Assembly: GCA_965249225.1 (NCBI GenBank)
Contig: CBDFLT010000007.1
Span: 88,894-152,893, forward strand
Source: Dehalococcoidia bacterium
GTDB lineage: Bacteria > Chloroflexota > Dehalococcoidia > Lucifugimonadales > G963668185
Reading direction: 5' to 3'
DNA length: 64,000 nt
The notes beneath the pieces were generated by a model. That model saw nothing but the letters and a program-made list of their open reading frames with translations. It had not been told where the DNA came from and searched no databases. Position 1 is the stretch's first letter. Each line of letters starts with the position of its first letter. Below are positions 47,109-56,489 of this stretch, in pieces. The translations under genes were made by a program, and so were the position numbers.

Positions 47109-48458
47109 TTATCGCGCACCCCCGAACTCAGAGGTCGGTATCGACCCGGAGAAGGTGTTCTCCAGGTAGGTCCTGAGCGGTTCAAGGGACACGGACTCAA
47201 TGATCTCGCTGGCGAACCCTTGAATTAACAGGGTGCGGGCCGTCTCCAGGTCCAGTCCCCTGCTTCGCATGTAGAACAGCGCGTCCTCGGCCAGCGCACC
47301 CGCCGTGGCCCCGTGGCCGCACTTCACGTCGTCGGCGTAGATCTCCAGGCTTGGCTTGGTGTCCACCTCGGCCCCGTGCGATAGGATAAGGTTGAGGTCT
47401 TTTTGATACGCGTTGGTCTTCTGGGCGTCCCGGTGGACAACGACCCTTCCGCTATATACCGCCCTGGACTTGCCGCCGAGAATGCCTTTGAAGTACTGGT
47501 CGCTGGTGCAGTGAGGCTTGAGGTGGTCCACGTTTATGTGGTTATCGATGTGCTGGCTGCCTACGGTCAAGTATAAGCCCTTCAGGTAGCAGAAGCTCCC
47601 CGGCGCGTCCAGCATCACGTGGAGATCGTTTCTGGCCAGGGCGGCGCCCTTTGCCAGCGACGTGGACGAAAATGTGCTGTCCTGCCCCTGGTATACTCGC
47701 GTGACCCCGACGTGATATGCCTGGGAGCTCTCCAACAAGTACCGGTAATGCTCAACTCGGGCCCCGTCGTCTACCGCTATCTCCGTCGTGGCGTTGGTGA
47801 AGTAGGAGGAGTCGGAAAGGCCTATGTAACCCTCCACCACCGTTACCTGGCTGTGTTTGCCCGCCACTATCAGCGTTCTGGGGTACGACGCGGTGGGCTG
47901 TCCTCCATTGGTGGAGACGTAGACCAGGTGCAGCGGCGTCGGCAGCGTGTGGTTGTCTGATACGTGGACGAAAGCGCCGTCTTGTAGGAAGGCGGTGTTC
48001 AACGCGGTGAACGCGTCATCTTCGATTGGCGCGTGCTGGGCCAGGTGTTTCTTGACCGCGGCGCCGTTAGTCGCGATGGCCTCCGCCAGGTTCGTTACGC
48101 GGACGCCGTTGGCCGTGATGTGTGGAGTTGAGAGGGCCTTGGCGAATCGACCGTTCACGAAGACGAGAGTAATCCATCCGTCGTCCCATGGGGCCAGCTT
48201 CCTCAGCTCCGTCGCCTTTAGGCTTTCTGGGCCGGCGGCATGGGGATAGTGGAAGGTGGCCTTTGCGATGGGGCCAACGTTGGTGTACTTCCAATTCTCG
48301 TTGCCGCGCCTGGTGGTGGGGAAGCCCAGTTCGGAGAAGCGGGAAAAGGCGTGTCGGCGGACCTCGTCCAACCATGTCGGGCCGTTTTCGCGCAGGCTCC
48401 TGTCCAAAATCTGGAAGTCTGCCTGGTACTGCTCAAACCTCGTGGGGACTTGGGCCAT
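47109..48458 (-). CDS. sufD: Fe-S assembly protein SufD
   Basis: GFPT...ENWKYT, F.ALNTA, KPSLEIYADDVKCGHGAT, LFYMRSRG. Confidence 0.94.
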   Translation of the reverse strand: MAQVPTRFEQYQADFQILDRSLRENGPTWLDEVRRHAFSRFSELGFPTTRRGNENWKYTNVGPIAKATFHYPHAAGPESLKATELRKLAPWDDGWITLVFVNGRFAKALSTPHITANGVRVTNLAEAIATNGAAVKKHLAQHAPIEDDAFTALNTAFLQDGAFVHVSDNHTLPTPLHLVYVSTNGGQPTASYPRTLIVAGKHSQVTVVEGYIGLSDSSYFTNATTEIAVDDGARVEHYRYLLESSQAYHVGVTRVYQGQDSTFSSTSLAKGAALARNDLHVMLDAPGSFCYLKGLYLTVGSQHIDNHINVDHLKPHCTSDQYFKGILGGKSRAVYSGRVVVHRDAQKTNAYQKDLNLILSHGAEVDTKPSLEIYADDVKCGHGATAGALAEDALFYMRSRGLDLETARTLLIQGFASEIIESVSLEPLRTYLENTFSGSIPTSEFGGAR

Positions 48459-48475
48459 ACGTCGGGCGTACCGTC

Positions 48476-49270
48476 CTACGCGCTCAGTTCGGCGCTGGCG
48501 GCGTGAGCCCAATCATAGCCCTTCTCCTCCACCTCACGGGCCAGCTCAGGGCCGCCCGACCTGATGATCCGTCCATCCACCAAAACGTGCACGTAGTCGG
48601 GGGTCAGATAGTTGAGGATACGCTGGTAGTGGGTCACCAGGATCATGGCCCTGGAAGGGCCCCGCAGCTGGTTTACGGCATGGGCCACCGTCTTGAGCGC
48701 GTCGACGTCCAGGCCCGAATCGGTCTCGTCCAGTATGGCGAGTTTCGGGTCGAGTATGGCCAGTTGAAGTATCTCGCTGCGCTTCTTCTCGCCACCGGAG
48801 AACCCTTCGTTCACCGATCGCTTCATCAGCTCTGGAGAGATATCGACCAGCTTAATCTTCTCCTTGTACAGCTTGTCGAAATCGCGGACGCTCAACTCCT
48901 CTAGGCCGCGAGCGGCGCGGACCGCATCAACCGCGGACTTGAGGAACTGCCGGTTGCGGACTCCTGGGAGCTCGACGGGATACTGAAAGGCGAGGAAAAT
49001 TCCGGCGAGGCCGCGCTGATCCGGAGTCTTTTCCAGCAGAGGCTCGCCCTGGTAGATTACCTCGCCTCCAGTGATCTTGTACTCGGGACGACCTGCAAGC
49101 ACGTTTGCCAGCGTGCTCTTTCCGCTGCCGTTAGGTCCCATGATGGCATGAACCTCACCCATGTTAACGGTGAGGTTCACGCCCTTCAGTATCTCGGTGT
49201 CTCCGATGGAAACGTGCAGGTTGCGCACTTCCAGCATCGTTCCGTTGCGGCTCATGGGAGCTGGGGACAT
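48476..49270 (-). CDS. sufC: Fe-S assembly ATPase SufC
   Basis: MGPNGSGKST, FLAFQYPVE, NEGFSGGEKKR, DETDSGLD, THYQR. Confidence 0.97.
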   Translation of the reverse strand: MSPAPMSRNGTMLEVRNLHVSIGDTEILKGVNLTVNMGEVHAIMGPNGSGKSTLANVLAGRPEYKITGGEVIYQGEPLLEKTPDQRGLAGIFLAFQYPVELPGVRNRQFLKSAVDAVRAARGLEELSVRDFDKLYKEKIKLVDISPELMKRSVNEGFSGGEKKRSEILQLAILDPKLAILDETDSGLDVDALKTVAHAVNQLRGPSRAMILVTHYQRILNYLTPDYVHVLVDGRIIRSGGPELAREVEEKGYDWAHAASAELSA

Positions 49271-50737
49271 CTAGCCGACAGCCCCTTCGAGGCTGACCTT
49301 GAGAAGTTGCGAGGCCTCCATGGCGAACTCGAAGGGTAGCTCCTGGAAGATGCCTTTACAGAACCCGTTGATGATCATGTGGTGGGCGTCCTCTTCCGAG
49401 ATGCCCCGTTGCCTGATATAGAAGAGCTGGTCGTCGCTGACCTTGGACGTAGAGGCCTCATGCTCGATTCGCGCCGTCGGGTTCTTCACCTCAATGTAGG
49501 GGACGGTGTGGGCTCCGCATTTGTCGCCGATGAGCAGCGAGTCGCACTGCGTAAAGTTCTGCGCTCCGGTGGCCGACGGCAGTATTTTGACCTGTCCCCG
49601 GTAGGTGTTATTTCCATGTCCCGCGGAGATGCCCTTGGCCACGATGGTACTCTTGGTGTTCTTGCCAATGTGGGTCATCTTGGTCCCGGTGTCCGCCTGC
49701 TGGTGCCTGTTGACCAGCGCCACCGAGTAGAACTCGCCGGTGGAGTTGTCGCCTTGGAGGATCACGCTGGGGTATTTCCAGGTGATGGCCGAGCCGGTCT
49801 CCACCTGGGTCCATGAGATCTTGGAGTTGTTGCCCACGCACTTGCCGCGCTTGGTAACGAAGTTGAACACCCCGCCATTGCCTTCCTTGTCGCCGGGATA
49901 CCAGTTCTGGAGCGTCGAGTACTTGATCTCAGCGTCCTCCAGTGCAACTAGTTCGACGACCGCCGCGTGGAGCTGGTGGCTTTTTCGCATCGGCGCGGTG
50001 CAGCCCTCCAGGTAGCTGACGTAGCTGCCCTTGTCGGCGATTATGAGGGTGCGCTCGAACTGCCCGGAGTCCTCCTGGTTGATGCGGAAGTACGTCATCA
50101 ACTCCATGGGACAGCGCACACCTGGGGGCACGTAGGCGAAGGACCCGTCACTGAAGACGGCTGAGTTTAGAGTCGCGAAGAAATTGTCGCTGTAGGGCAC
50201 AATCGAGCCCAGGTACTTTTTGATCAGGTCCGGATGGTTCTCGACCGCCTCGCTGAATGAGCAGAAGACGATACCCATTTTGTCCAGCTGTTCCTTGTAG
50301 GTGGTGGCGACGGAGACGCTGTCGAACACGGCGTCCACCGCCACGCCAGCCAGCTTTGCGCGCTCGTGCAGTGGCACGCCCAGCTTGTCGAACGTCGCCA
50401 GGAGCTCGGGGTCCACCTCGTCCAGGCTCTTGGGCCTGTCCTTGCTGGAGATAGGCGAGGCGTAGTAGTAGATGTCCTGGTAGTCGATGGACGGAAATCG
50501 CACCATGGACCACCTGGGCTCCCGGTGCTTCTGCTTGAGCCAGTGCCGGTAGGCCCTGAGGCGCCACTCGAGCATGAACTCGGGCTCATTCTTTTTGGCC
50601 GAGATCAGGCGGACGATGTCCTCGTTCAGGCCCTTGGGGGCCAAGTCCGACTCGATCTCGGTGACGAACCCCCACTTGTAGTCCCGCTCGAGGTCCTCTG
50701 AGGTCGTAGTGCGTGAAATTACCTTTGGAGCAGTCAT
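49271..50737 (-). CDS. sufB: Fe-S assembly protein SufB
   Basis: [49 protein letters not shown]. Confidence 0.97.
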   Translation of the reverse strand: MTAPKVISRTTTSEDLERDYKWGFVTEIESDLAPKGLNEDIVRLISAKKNEPEFMLEWRLRAYRHWLKQKHREPRWSMVRFPSIDYQDIYYYASPISSKDRPKSLDEVDPELLATFDKLGVPLHERAKLAGVAVDAVFDSVSVATTYKEQLDKMGIVFCSFSEAVENHPDLIKKYLGSIVPYSDNFFATLNSAVFSDGSFAYVPPGVRCPMELMTYFRINQEDSGQFERTLIIADKGSYVSYLEGCTAPMRKSHQLHAAVVELVALEDAEIKYSTLQNWYPGDKEGNGGVFNFVTKRGKCVGNNSKISWTQVETGSAITWKYPSVILQGDNSTGEFYSVALVNRHQQADTGTKMTHIGKNTKSTIVAKGISAGHGNNTYRGQVKILPSATGAQNFTQCDSLLIGDKCGAHTVPYIEVKNPTARIEHEASTSKVSDDQLFYIRQRGISEEDAHHMIINGFCKGIFQELPFEFAMEASQLLKVSLEGAVG

Positions 50738-50795
50738 AATCCCCGATTTTGTGGGCTGATTTCGCCGATGATTCGGCCAGAATCACTCGGTGATA

Positions 50796-50825
50796 ATTCT
50801 AGCACCCGCCGTTATAGGGGGTCAA
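50796..50825 (-). promoter_or_regulatory. Sigma70-type promoter of the suf operon
   Basis: Minus strand TTGACC-18-TAGAAT with an extended -10 TG. Confidence 0.6.
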
Positions 50826-50977
50826 GCGTTTCCACGCATTTTGACATAAAAAGTGATTAAACCGAATCTCTCCATCTTTTCGTAACCCATGGCCCCTCTT
50901 ACGCGCCGCTAAGAGCTACCTCAGTATTCATCTTCAAGATGGCATTAACAAGCAGCTGGCAACGCAGTCTCGCGGCA

Positions 50978-51880
50978 TTATCCGCTGGGCCCCTCCACGA
51001 GGCACCGGATGACCTGCCTGGCCTCGTCCATATTTCCATCCACCGCGACCTTGACGCTCCCCCGGCCATAGATGGCGGTGGTCTTGCCCATCCGCTCGGG
51101 GTCCTCGGTCTCGACAGCCACCTTTGCTTCCCGATATGACAGCAGCCCCGGACTTATGGCGGCGGCTGCGGCCAGGGGATCGCAGAGGTTGTAGGTGTTG
51201 CGATCGGGGTCGGCCTCGAACCAGTTACTTAGGATCTTACTCGCCAGCCTCCCGCTGTCCGACGAGTCCGAGTACCATGGGGCCTCGGACCTGCTCTCGA
51301 CGGCCTGATTGCACACGTCCAGCCCTATTAACGTGACCGGAACGCCAGACTCGAAAACGACGCGTGCTGCGTGTGGATCGTTATAGGTATTGAACTCGGC
51401 GTGAGGGGTCACGTTGCCGGGAACCGCCAGGGCGCCACCCATTACCACGATCTCCTTTAACCAGTCGGTAACCCGCGGTTCCTGGTTCATCGCCCTTGCC
51501 AGGTTGGTAAGAGGGCCTAGGGCGATCACCGTCAGTCCACCACGAAGAGCCGAGGCCAGGCTGACGATGTGGTCCCAGGCGCGCACCCGAACCGATCGAA
51601 TACGCGGCCGTGGCAGGCGGACGGTAAGACCGCCGGGGCCGTGGTAGTAGTATCCGTAGAGGAACTTGCCTTTCAGGGGCCTCGAAGCCCCTCTGGCCAC
51701 CGGCACTTCCTGGTGACCAAGATACTCCAGCAGGCTTAACGTGTTGCGTGTCGTATGGGTCAGCGATGCATTGCCCCCGACGGTGGTCAGCCCCAATACC
51801 TCGAGCTCGGGGGAGTTCAGGGCCATCATAATAGCCAGGGCGTCGTCTGTGCCTGGATCGGTGTCGATTAGGACCTTCAA
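50978..51880 (-). CDS. Nucleoside hydrolase (IU-NH fold, CD variant)
   Basis: DTDPGTDD Ca-binding motif, GPLTN, AEFN..NDP; LCDP in place of the usual HD. Confidence 0.9.
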   Translation of the reverse strand: MKVLIDTDPGTDDALAIMMALNSPELEVLGLTTVGGNASLTHTTRNTLSLLEYLGHQEVPVARGASRPLKGKFLYGYYYHGPGGLTVRLPRPRIRSVRVRAWDHIVSLASALRGGLTVIALGPLTNLARAMNQEPRVTDWLKEIVVMGGALAVPGNVTPHAEFNTYNDPHAARVVFESGVPVTLIGLDVCNQAVESRSEAPWYSDSSDSGRLASKILSNWFEADPDRNTYNLCDPLAAAAAISPGLLSYREAKVAVETEDPERMGKTTAIYGRGSVKVAVDGNMDEARQVIRCLVEGPSG

Positions 51881-51893
51881 TGTCCCATGTCCG

Positions 51894-52859
51894 CTACACC
51901 GCCGCTAATGCCCGTTTCCGACGCGCAAACGACTCCCATGTGTCGCGAGAGGAGTATCGGAACGTCACACCCAGCTCGCGTCGAATCCTCTCCGTGCTCA
52001 CCGTCCATCGGTAGCGTATGAAGTCCAGACCCGGCGGAGGAGAATCCGACTGTAAGCGGAGAGCCCAGGTAACCCCGGTCACTGCATAGAGCAAAGGCGA
52101 TGGGACCATCAGGCACATGCGGCCCATGATCTTCGTCATTTCGCTCCAGTGGATCTCGCCTTCGCCCGCCAGGTTGTATAGTCCCGGCGTTCGATGGACC
52201 ACACAGTGAGCCATGATGTCCACGAGGTCGTCTTCATGGAGGAGTTGAAGGGGAGGGTCGAACCCTCTGACACCGAGGAGGAGCGGCTTGGAGAAGGCTT
52301 GGGCGATGAAATTATCGGCGTTGGGGCCTAGGACTGGGCACGCCCTCAGGACCGTGGTACTTAGAGAAGGGTTTCGCTCCGCATGGGTGGCTAGGGTTCG
52401 TTCGGTCTCGGCCTTTGCCTCACCGTACTGGAATCCCTTCACTGGCCTCACGGGTGACTCCTCGGTTAGCGTCGGCGGGTTGTCGGGGTGGGCGCCGTAG
52501 ACCGTGGTGCTGCTGAGGTAAAGCACGTGACTCACTGGGCCGTCGGCGCACGCGGCGAATACTCTCTCCGCCGCCTCCACGTTGACGCGGTCGACTGACG
52601 CCCGATCGTGGCTCGGTTTCAGCGCAAACGCCAGATGCACGACCGAGTTGGCGCCGTGGTGGGATAGGAGATCCTCGATCGGCTCGGTAATGTCGTGGCG
52701 CTGGTAGACGACCTTCGGGCCGTATGCCCGCCCAAGGGGGCGGATATCCAGCGCGAGGATATGCTCGACGGCCTCCTCATGTTCGAGGCGTTGGATCAGC
52801 CTCCCTCCGACGTATCCGGCGGCGCCGGTGACGGCGACCCTACGGGGCGCGTCACTCAT
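51894..52859 (-). CDS. Extended SDR / NAD-dependent epimerase-dehydratase (possibly HpnA-like)
   Basis: TGAAGYVG, HLAF, SSTTVYG, YGEAK. Confidence 0.88.
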   Translation of the reverse strand: MSDAPRRVAVTGAAGYVGGRLIQRLEHEEAVEHILALDIRPLGRAYGPKVVYQRHDITEPIEDLLSHHGANSVVHLAFALKPSHDRASVDRVNVEAAERVFAACADGPVSHVLYLSSTTVYGAHPDNPPTLTEESPVRPVKGFQYGEAKAETERTLATHAERNPSLSTTVLRACPVLGPNADNFIAQAFSKPLLLGVRGFDPPLQLLHEDDLVDIMAHCVVHRTPGLYNLAGEGEIHWSEMTKIMGRMCLMVPSPLLYAVTGVTWALRLQSDSPPPGLDFIRYRWTVSTERIRRELGVTFRYSSRDTWESFARRKRALAAV

Positions 52860-53223
52860 CGGCTACCACGTCGGTAAAGTCGAACTTGAGGGTGCCCAGG
52901 CCGGGCACGACGAAGCCCATGCCAACCTTTCGAGGACCCGGCTCCAGGGTGAGGCCGGCGACTCGTATGGTGATCGCCTTGTTCATCGCCAGGGTGAAGG
53001 TGTTCTCTTTGCTCACCTCACTGAAGGGAGTCTCCTTGCCCTCCAGCACGAAGCGGGTGGACTCCAGGGGAATCTCGGTCCCGTCCAGCGTTAGGGGAAG
53101 TACCTCGTAGGCGTAGCCCGACCCCAGGGAGTTTTTTATTTGGAACTCAAACCCTTCGGAGGTGTTTCGCAGGCTCTGTTTTACATACAGCCGCCTTAAT
53201 AGGAATCCGGGCACTGTGACCAC
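52852..53223 (-). CDS. Small beta-rich hypothetical protein
   Basis: 123 aa, VPGFLLRRLYVKQSLRNT..GFEF.IKN.L; overlaps the next gene by 8 nt. Confidence 0.75.
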   Translation of the reverse strand: MVTVPGFLLRRLYVKQSLRNTSEGFEFQIKNSLGSGYAYEVLPLTLDGTEIPLESTRFVLEGKETPFSEVSKENTFTLAMNKAITIRVAGLTLEPGPRKVGMGFVVPGLGTLKFDFTDVVADE

Positions 53224-53274
53224 TATGTTGTGTCTCCTAGCCTTGGCCGGCTTTGTCCCAACCGACGGCGTCCG

Positions 53275-53946
53275 CTATTCACGCCGCTCGGCATCCTGCC
53301 GCATGCGGTAGAGGGATATCTCCGTATCCACGATCTCCTTTGGTAGTGGGTTCACCTTGCCCAGGAGAGACGAGTACACGAAGATCTGGGCCACGCGTTC
53401 CGTGAGCGCACAGACCTCCAGCGCCTCGTTCAAATCGCCGCCAACCCCCACAACGCCATGGTTCCTGATCAGCGCCGCCTTGCGTTCCCCCAGGGCGCGG
53501 CACACGTTGTTCGCCACCTCCTCCGTGCCGGGAAACGCGTACTCGGATACGAGCACCGGGCCGCCTATGCGCACCACCATCTCGTCGATTATAGGCGGTA
53601 TATCCAGCCCGGCTACGGCCGCCACGCTGGCGAACACCGAGTGGGTATGGATTACCGCCTTGACGTCCGGGCGGGCCTTGTATATGCCTGTGTGCAGCAA
53701 TGCCTCTGAGGACGGCACCAGGTCTCCCTCCACGGGCTCGACCTGAAAGTCCGCTACAACGATGTCATCCTCCCGAAGGCCGGAGTATCGTTTCCCCGAA
53801 GGCGTCACCGCCATGAGCTCTCTCTCGTCCGTTGGTTCCAGGCGAACACTGATGTTGCCGCTGGTCCCGGTCACGAGCCCCTGCGCGGTCATCTCCTGTG
53901 CGGCCCGCACCACGTCGCGCTTGGCGGCCTGCCAGCGGCCGGTCAT
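53275..53946 (-). CDS. Class II aldolase, L-fuculose-1-phosphate aldolase (FucA)-like
   Basis: GTSGNIS, TPSG, PSSE, HTHS and NHG metal ligands; start at 53946 or 53979. Confidence 0.9.
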   Translation of the reverse strand: MTGRWQAAKRDVVRAAQEMTAQGLVTGTSGNISVRLEPTDERELMAVTPSGKRYSGLREDDIVVADFQVEPVEGDLVPSSEALLHTGIYKARPDVKAVIHTHSVFASVAAVAGLDIPPIIDEMVVRIGGPVLVSEYAFPGTEEVANNVCRALGERKAALIRNHGVVGVGGDLNEALEVCALTERVAQIFVYSSLLGKVNPLPKEIVDTEISLYRMRQDAERRE

Positions 53947-54001
53947 GACTGGGCGCTCCCCTCTGTGCCGTCGTCCCATAGGGCTGTATGCATGGTGGTC
54001 C

Positions 54002-55507
54002 TCATGTCTCGAACTGGCCGAGCTGCTCGGAAAGCCTACACCAGCGGTTGTAGTGCTCTGAGTACTCAGCTGCCCTCAACGGATCGGGCTTGAAACATTT
54101 GAGCCGGGCACTAGCGATCGCGGCGCTCTCGTCCAGCGACTCGAACTCGCCCAGCGCCGTAGCCGTACAAAGGTATGCGCCTAGGGCGCTAACGTGCGGG
54201 GTATCGGACACCATGATCTCCCGTTCCAGGACATCGACCAAAATTCTCACAAAGGTTTGTGTCCTGGTCATGCCGCCGCCCAGGTGTACACTTGTCGCCT
54301 GAATGCCGGCCAGCTCCTCGATCTGCTTGAGATTGGCTCTCACGGCGAATGCGATGGCTTCCAGAGAGGCCCTGGCCAGGTGGCCGCGTCCGGCGTCGCT
54401 ATAGGTGAGTGGAACGGGGAACAAAAGCCCACCCGTCCGGAGACCGAGCTTGCTCATGTCCATCTGCGCCGGCCCTAAGAAAGCCGAAGCCCCTTCGGAC
54501 CCTGGAGTAACAGCACTTGCCGCGGCGTCCATGGCGTCAAGGACACCTTCTCCTCCACCGTAGAGCGCCTGCGCCAGCCACCGGTACGAGTTTCCGGCGT
54601 CCCCGGCGCTGCTTTCCAGGACCCACTTGTCTGTGGTAAGAAAGCATCCGGCCCAGGTTTTCCCTTCTGGGGACAGGATAGGAGAGTCTGTGACCATCTG
54701 AAGGGGGGTGCTCCACCCGGCGACTACGCCGACCTGGCCTGTCTGTGCTACGCCCATGCCCAGTAGCCCGCACTGCGTATCGGCGCCGCAGGTTACCACC
54801 GGTGTGTCTTGTCGTAGCCCGGAGTCCGCGGCCGCGGACTCCGAAACCCGGCCGGCGATGGCCGTGGCCTCCACGAGGGGCACATCACCGTTTACCGCCA
54901 GCCCCATGTCGTCCAGCAATTCCGTGGCCCAGCGGCGACGATGGATATCGAGCAGCCCAGCCTCTGCGGCGAGGGTGGACTCGCTGGCCACCTCGCCCGT
55001 GAGACGCCATGCCATCCAGTCCGCCAGCGACAGCACGGTGGCTATTCTACCATAGGCCTCAGGCCGGTGGGTTTGGAACCAGCGTAGCTTGGCCGGTGTG
55101 AAGAGGAAGGAGGGTCTGTGACCGGTGGCCTTGTAGACCTTGTCCCCAAACTCCTCGTCGATGGCCGCCCCCTCAAACACTGCTCGGATGTCGAGGTTGG
55201 GGCCGACGTACAACTCCCGCCCCGACCGGTCGAGGAAGGCGACTCCCTGACGCTGGCTTGTGACTCCTATGGCTACGACTTCGTCTGCAGACGCCTTGGC
55301 CTCGCTCAGCGCTGCACGGACGAGACCGCAGAGGTCGGCCCAGAGGGCCTGAGGGTCGAACTCGCGGGATAGGGAAGAGGCGTCTTCGATCGCGGAGTAG
55401 CGCCACTCCCCCAAGCTTGCCCCTGCGATATCGCCCTTCCCGTCGAAGACGAAGCACCGTGGGCTGCTGGTGCCGGCGTCGAGGACCAGGGTATACCCGC
55501 TACCCAT
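54002..55507 (-). CDS. FGGY carbohydrate kinase, LsrK (AI-2 kinase)-like
   Basis: LDAGTSSPR, EWRY, REFD, PNLDIRA, GADTQCG, GGG; N-terminal motifs recall LsrK (EWRH, MEFD, ANVDARA). Confidence 0.85.
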   Translation of the reverse strand: MGSGYTLVLDAGTSSPRCFVFDGKGDIAGASLGEWRYSAIEDASSLSREFDPQALWADLCGLVRAALSEAKASADEVVAIGVTSQRQGVAFLDRSGRELYVGPNLDIRAVFEGAAIDEEFGDKVYKATGHRPSFLFTPAKLRWFQTHRPEAYGRIATVLSLADWMAWRLTGEVASESTLAAEAGLLDIHRRRWATELLDDMGLAVNGDVPLVEATAIAGRVSESAAADSGLRQDTPVVTCGADTQCGLLGMGVAQTGQVGVVAGWSTPLQMVTDSPILSPEGKTWAGCFLTTDKWVLESSAGDAGNSYRWLAQALYGGGEGVLDAMDAAASAVTPGSEGASAFLGPAQMDMSKLGLRTGGLLFPVPLTYSDAGRGHLARASLEAIAFAVRANLKQIEELAGIQATSVHLGGGMTRTQTFVRILVDVLEREIMVSDTPHVSALGAYLCTATALGEFESLDESAAIASARLKCFKPDPLRAAEYSEHYNRWCRLSEQLGQFET

Positions 55508-56489
55508 GGCGCTTCCATGCTTCGGGGTTGACCAGGTTTTCGGGGCGCTGGCCCGCGAGGAACCGCTGGATGTCGGCGGCCATCATTTGTGAGTGGCGCT
55601 CGATCGTCTCGGCGGTGGCGCCGCCCAGGTGAGGCGTCAGCACCACGTTGTCAAGCGACAGAAGTGGGTTGCCGGGCGAGATGGGGTGGGAGTCGAACAC
55701 GTCCAGGGCCGCCCCGGCGATTCGTTTCTGATGCAGCGCCTCGACGAGGGCGTCCTGGTCGACAAGCGCTGCGTCGGACGTGTTTACCAGGCAGGCCGTG
55801 TGCTTGAGGAGCGCCAGACGGCGTGCGTCCAGGATACCTTCCGTGTCCTCGCTCAGCGGGGCGTGTATGGTCACGAAGTCGGACCTCGATAGAAGCTCGT
55901 CCAGACCCGTCATCTCCACGTCCTCCGGAGCGTCGGCAACGAACGGATCGTAGGCGATCGTAGTCATGCCGATGGTGCTGGCGAGGGTGGCGGTCTTTCG
56001 CCCAATGGCGCCTAGGCCGATGATGCCCAGTGTCCGCCCAGCCAGTTCGACGCCGCGCATAGAGATGTAGGGCTCAGCAGGATTGATCCAGCGTTCCCCT
56101 ATCACATATCGATGCGCCTCTGGAATTCGCCTTGCCAGCGACAGCATGAGCCCCAATACGTGCTCGGCCACGGCCTGGGCATTTCTGCCCGGAGTGTTCA
56201 CCACCAGGACGCCATGCCGGGTTGCGTTCTCCACGTCGACGTGGCTGGTTGTGCTGCGGCAGACGCCTACGAACCGGAGTTGGTCCGCCCGGTCGAATAC
56301 CTCTTGAAAGACGAAGTCGGACTCGATGACCAGAATTGAGATGGACTCATCCCGAAGCCGTGTGCCCAACTCTTCGGGGTCCCAAAGGCGCCCGGTTTCC
56401 AGCCAGCTCTCGTAAGTGACCGCCATGGACTTGCGCAGTTCCGCAAGCTGGCGATCAGAAAATGGGGCCAGGATAAGAGAGAGCGCCAT
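55500..56489 (-). CDS. D-2-hydroxyacid-dehydrogenase-fold oxidoreductase with altered catalytic residues
   Basis: NTPGRNA.AVAEH, GIIGLGAIG, YDP, TPHLGG; start ATG 56489 overlaps the hpnE stop (TGATG). Confidence 0.88.
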   Translation of the reverse strand: MALSLILAPFSDRQLAELRKSMAVTYESWLETGRLWDPEELGTRLRDESISILVIESDFVFQEVFDRADQLRFVGVCRSTTSHVDVENATRHGVLVVNTPGRNAQAVAEHVLGLMLSLARRIPEAHRYVIGERWINPAEPYISMRGVELAGRTLGIIGLGAIGRKTATLASTIGMTTIAYDPFVADAPEDVEMTGLDELLSRSDFVTIHAPLSEDTEGILDARRLALLKHTACLVNTSDAALVDQDALVEALHQKRIAGAALDVFDSHPISPGNPLLSLDNVVLTPHLGGATAETIERHSQMMAADIQRFLAGQRPENLVNPEAWKRHG

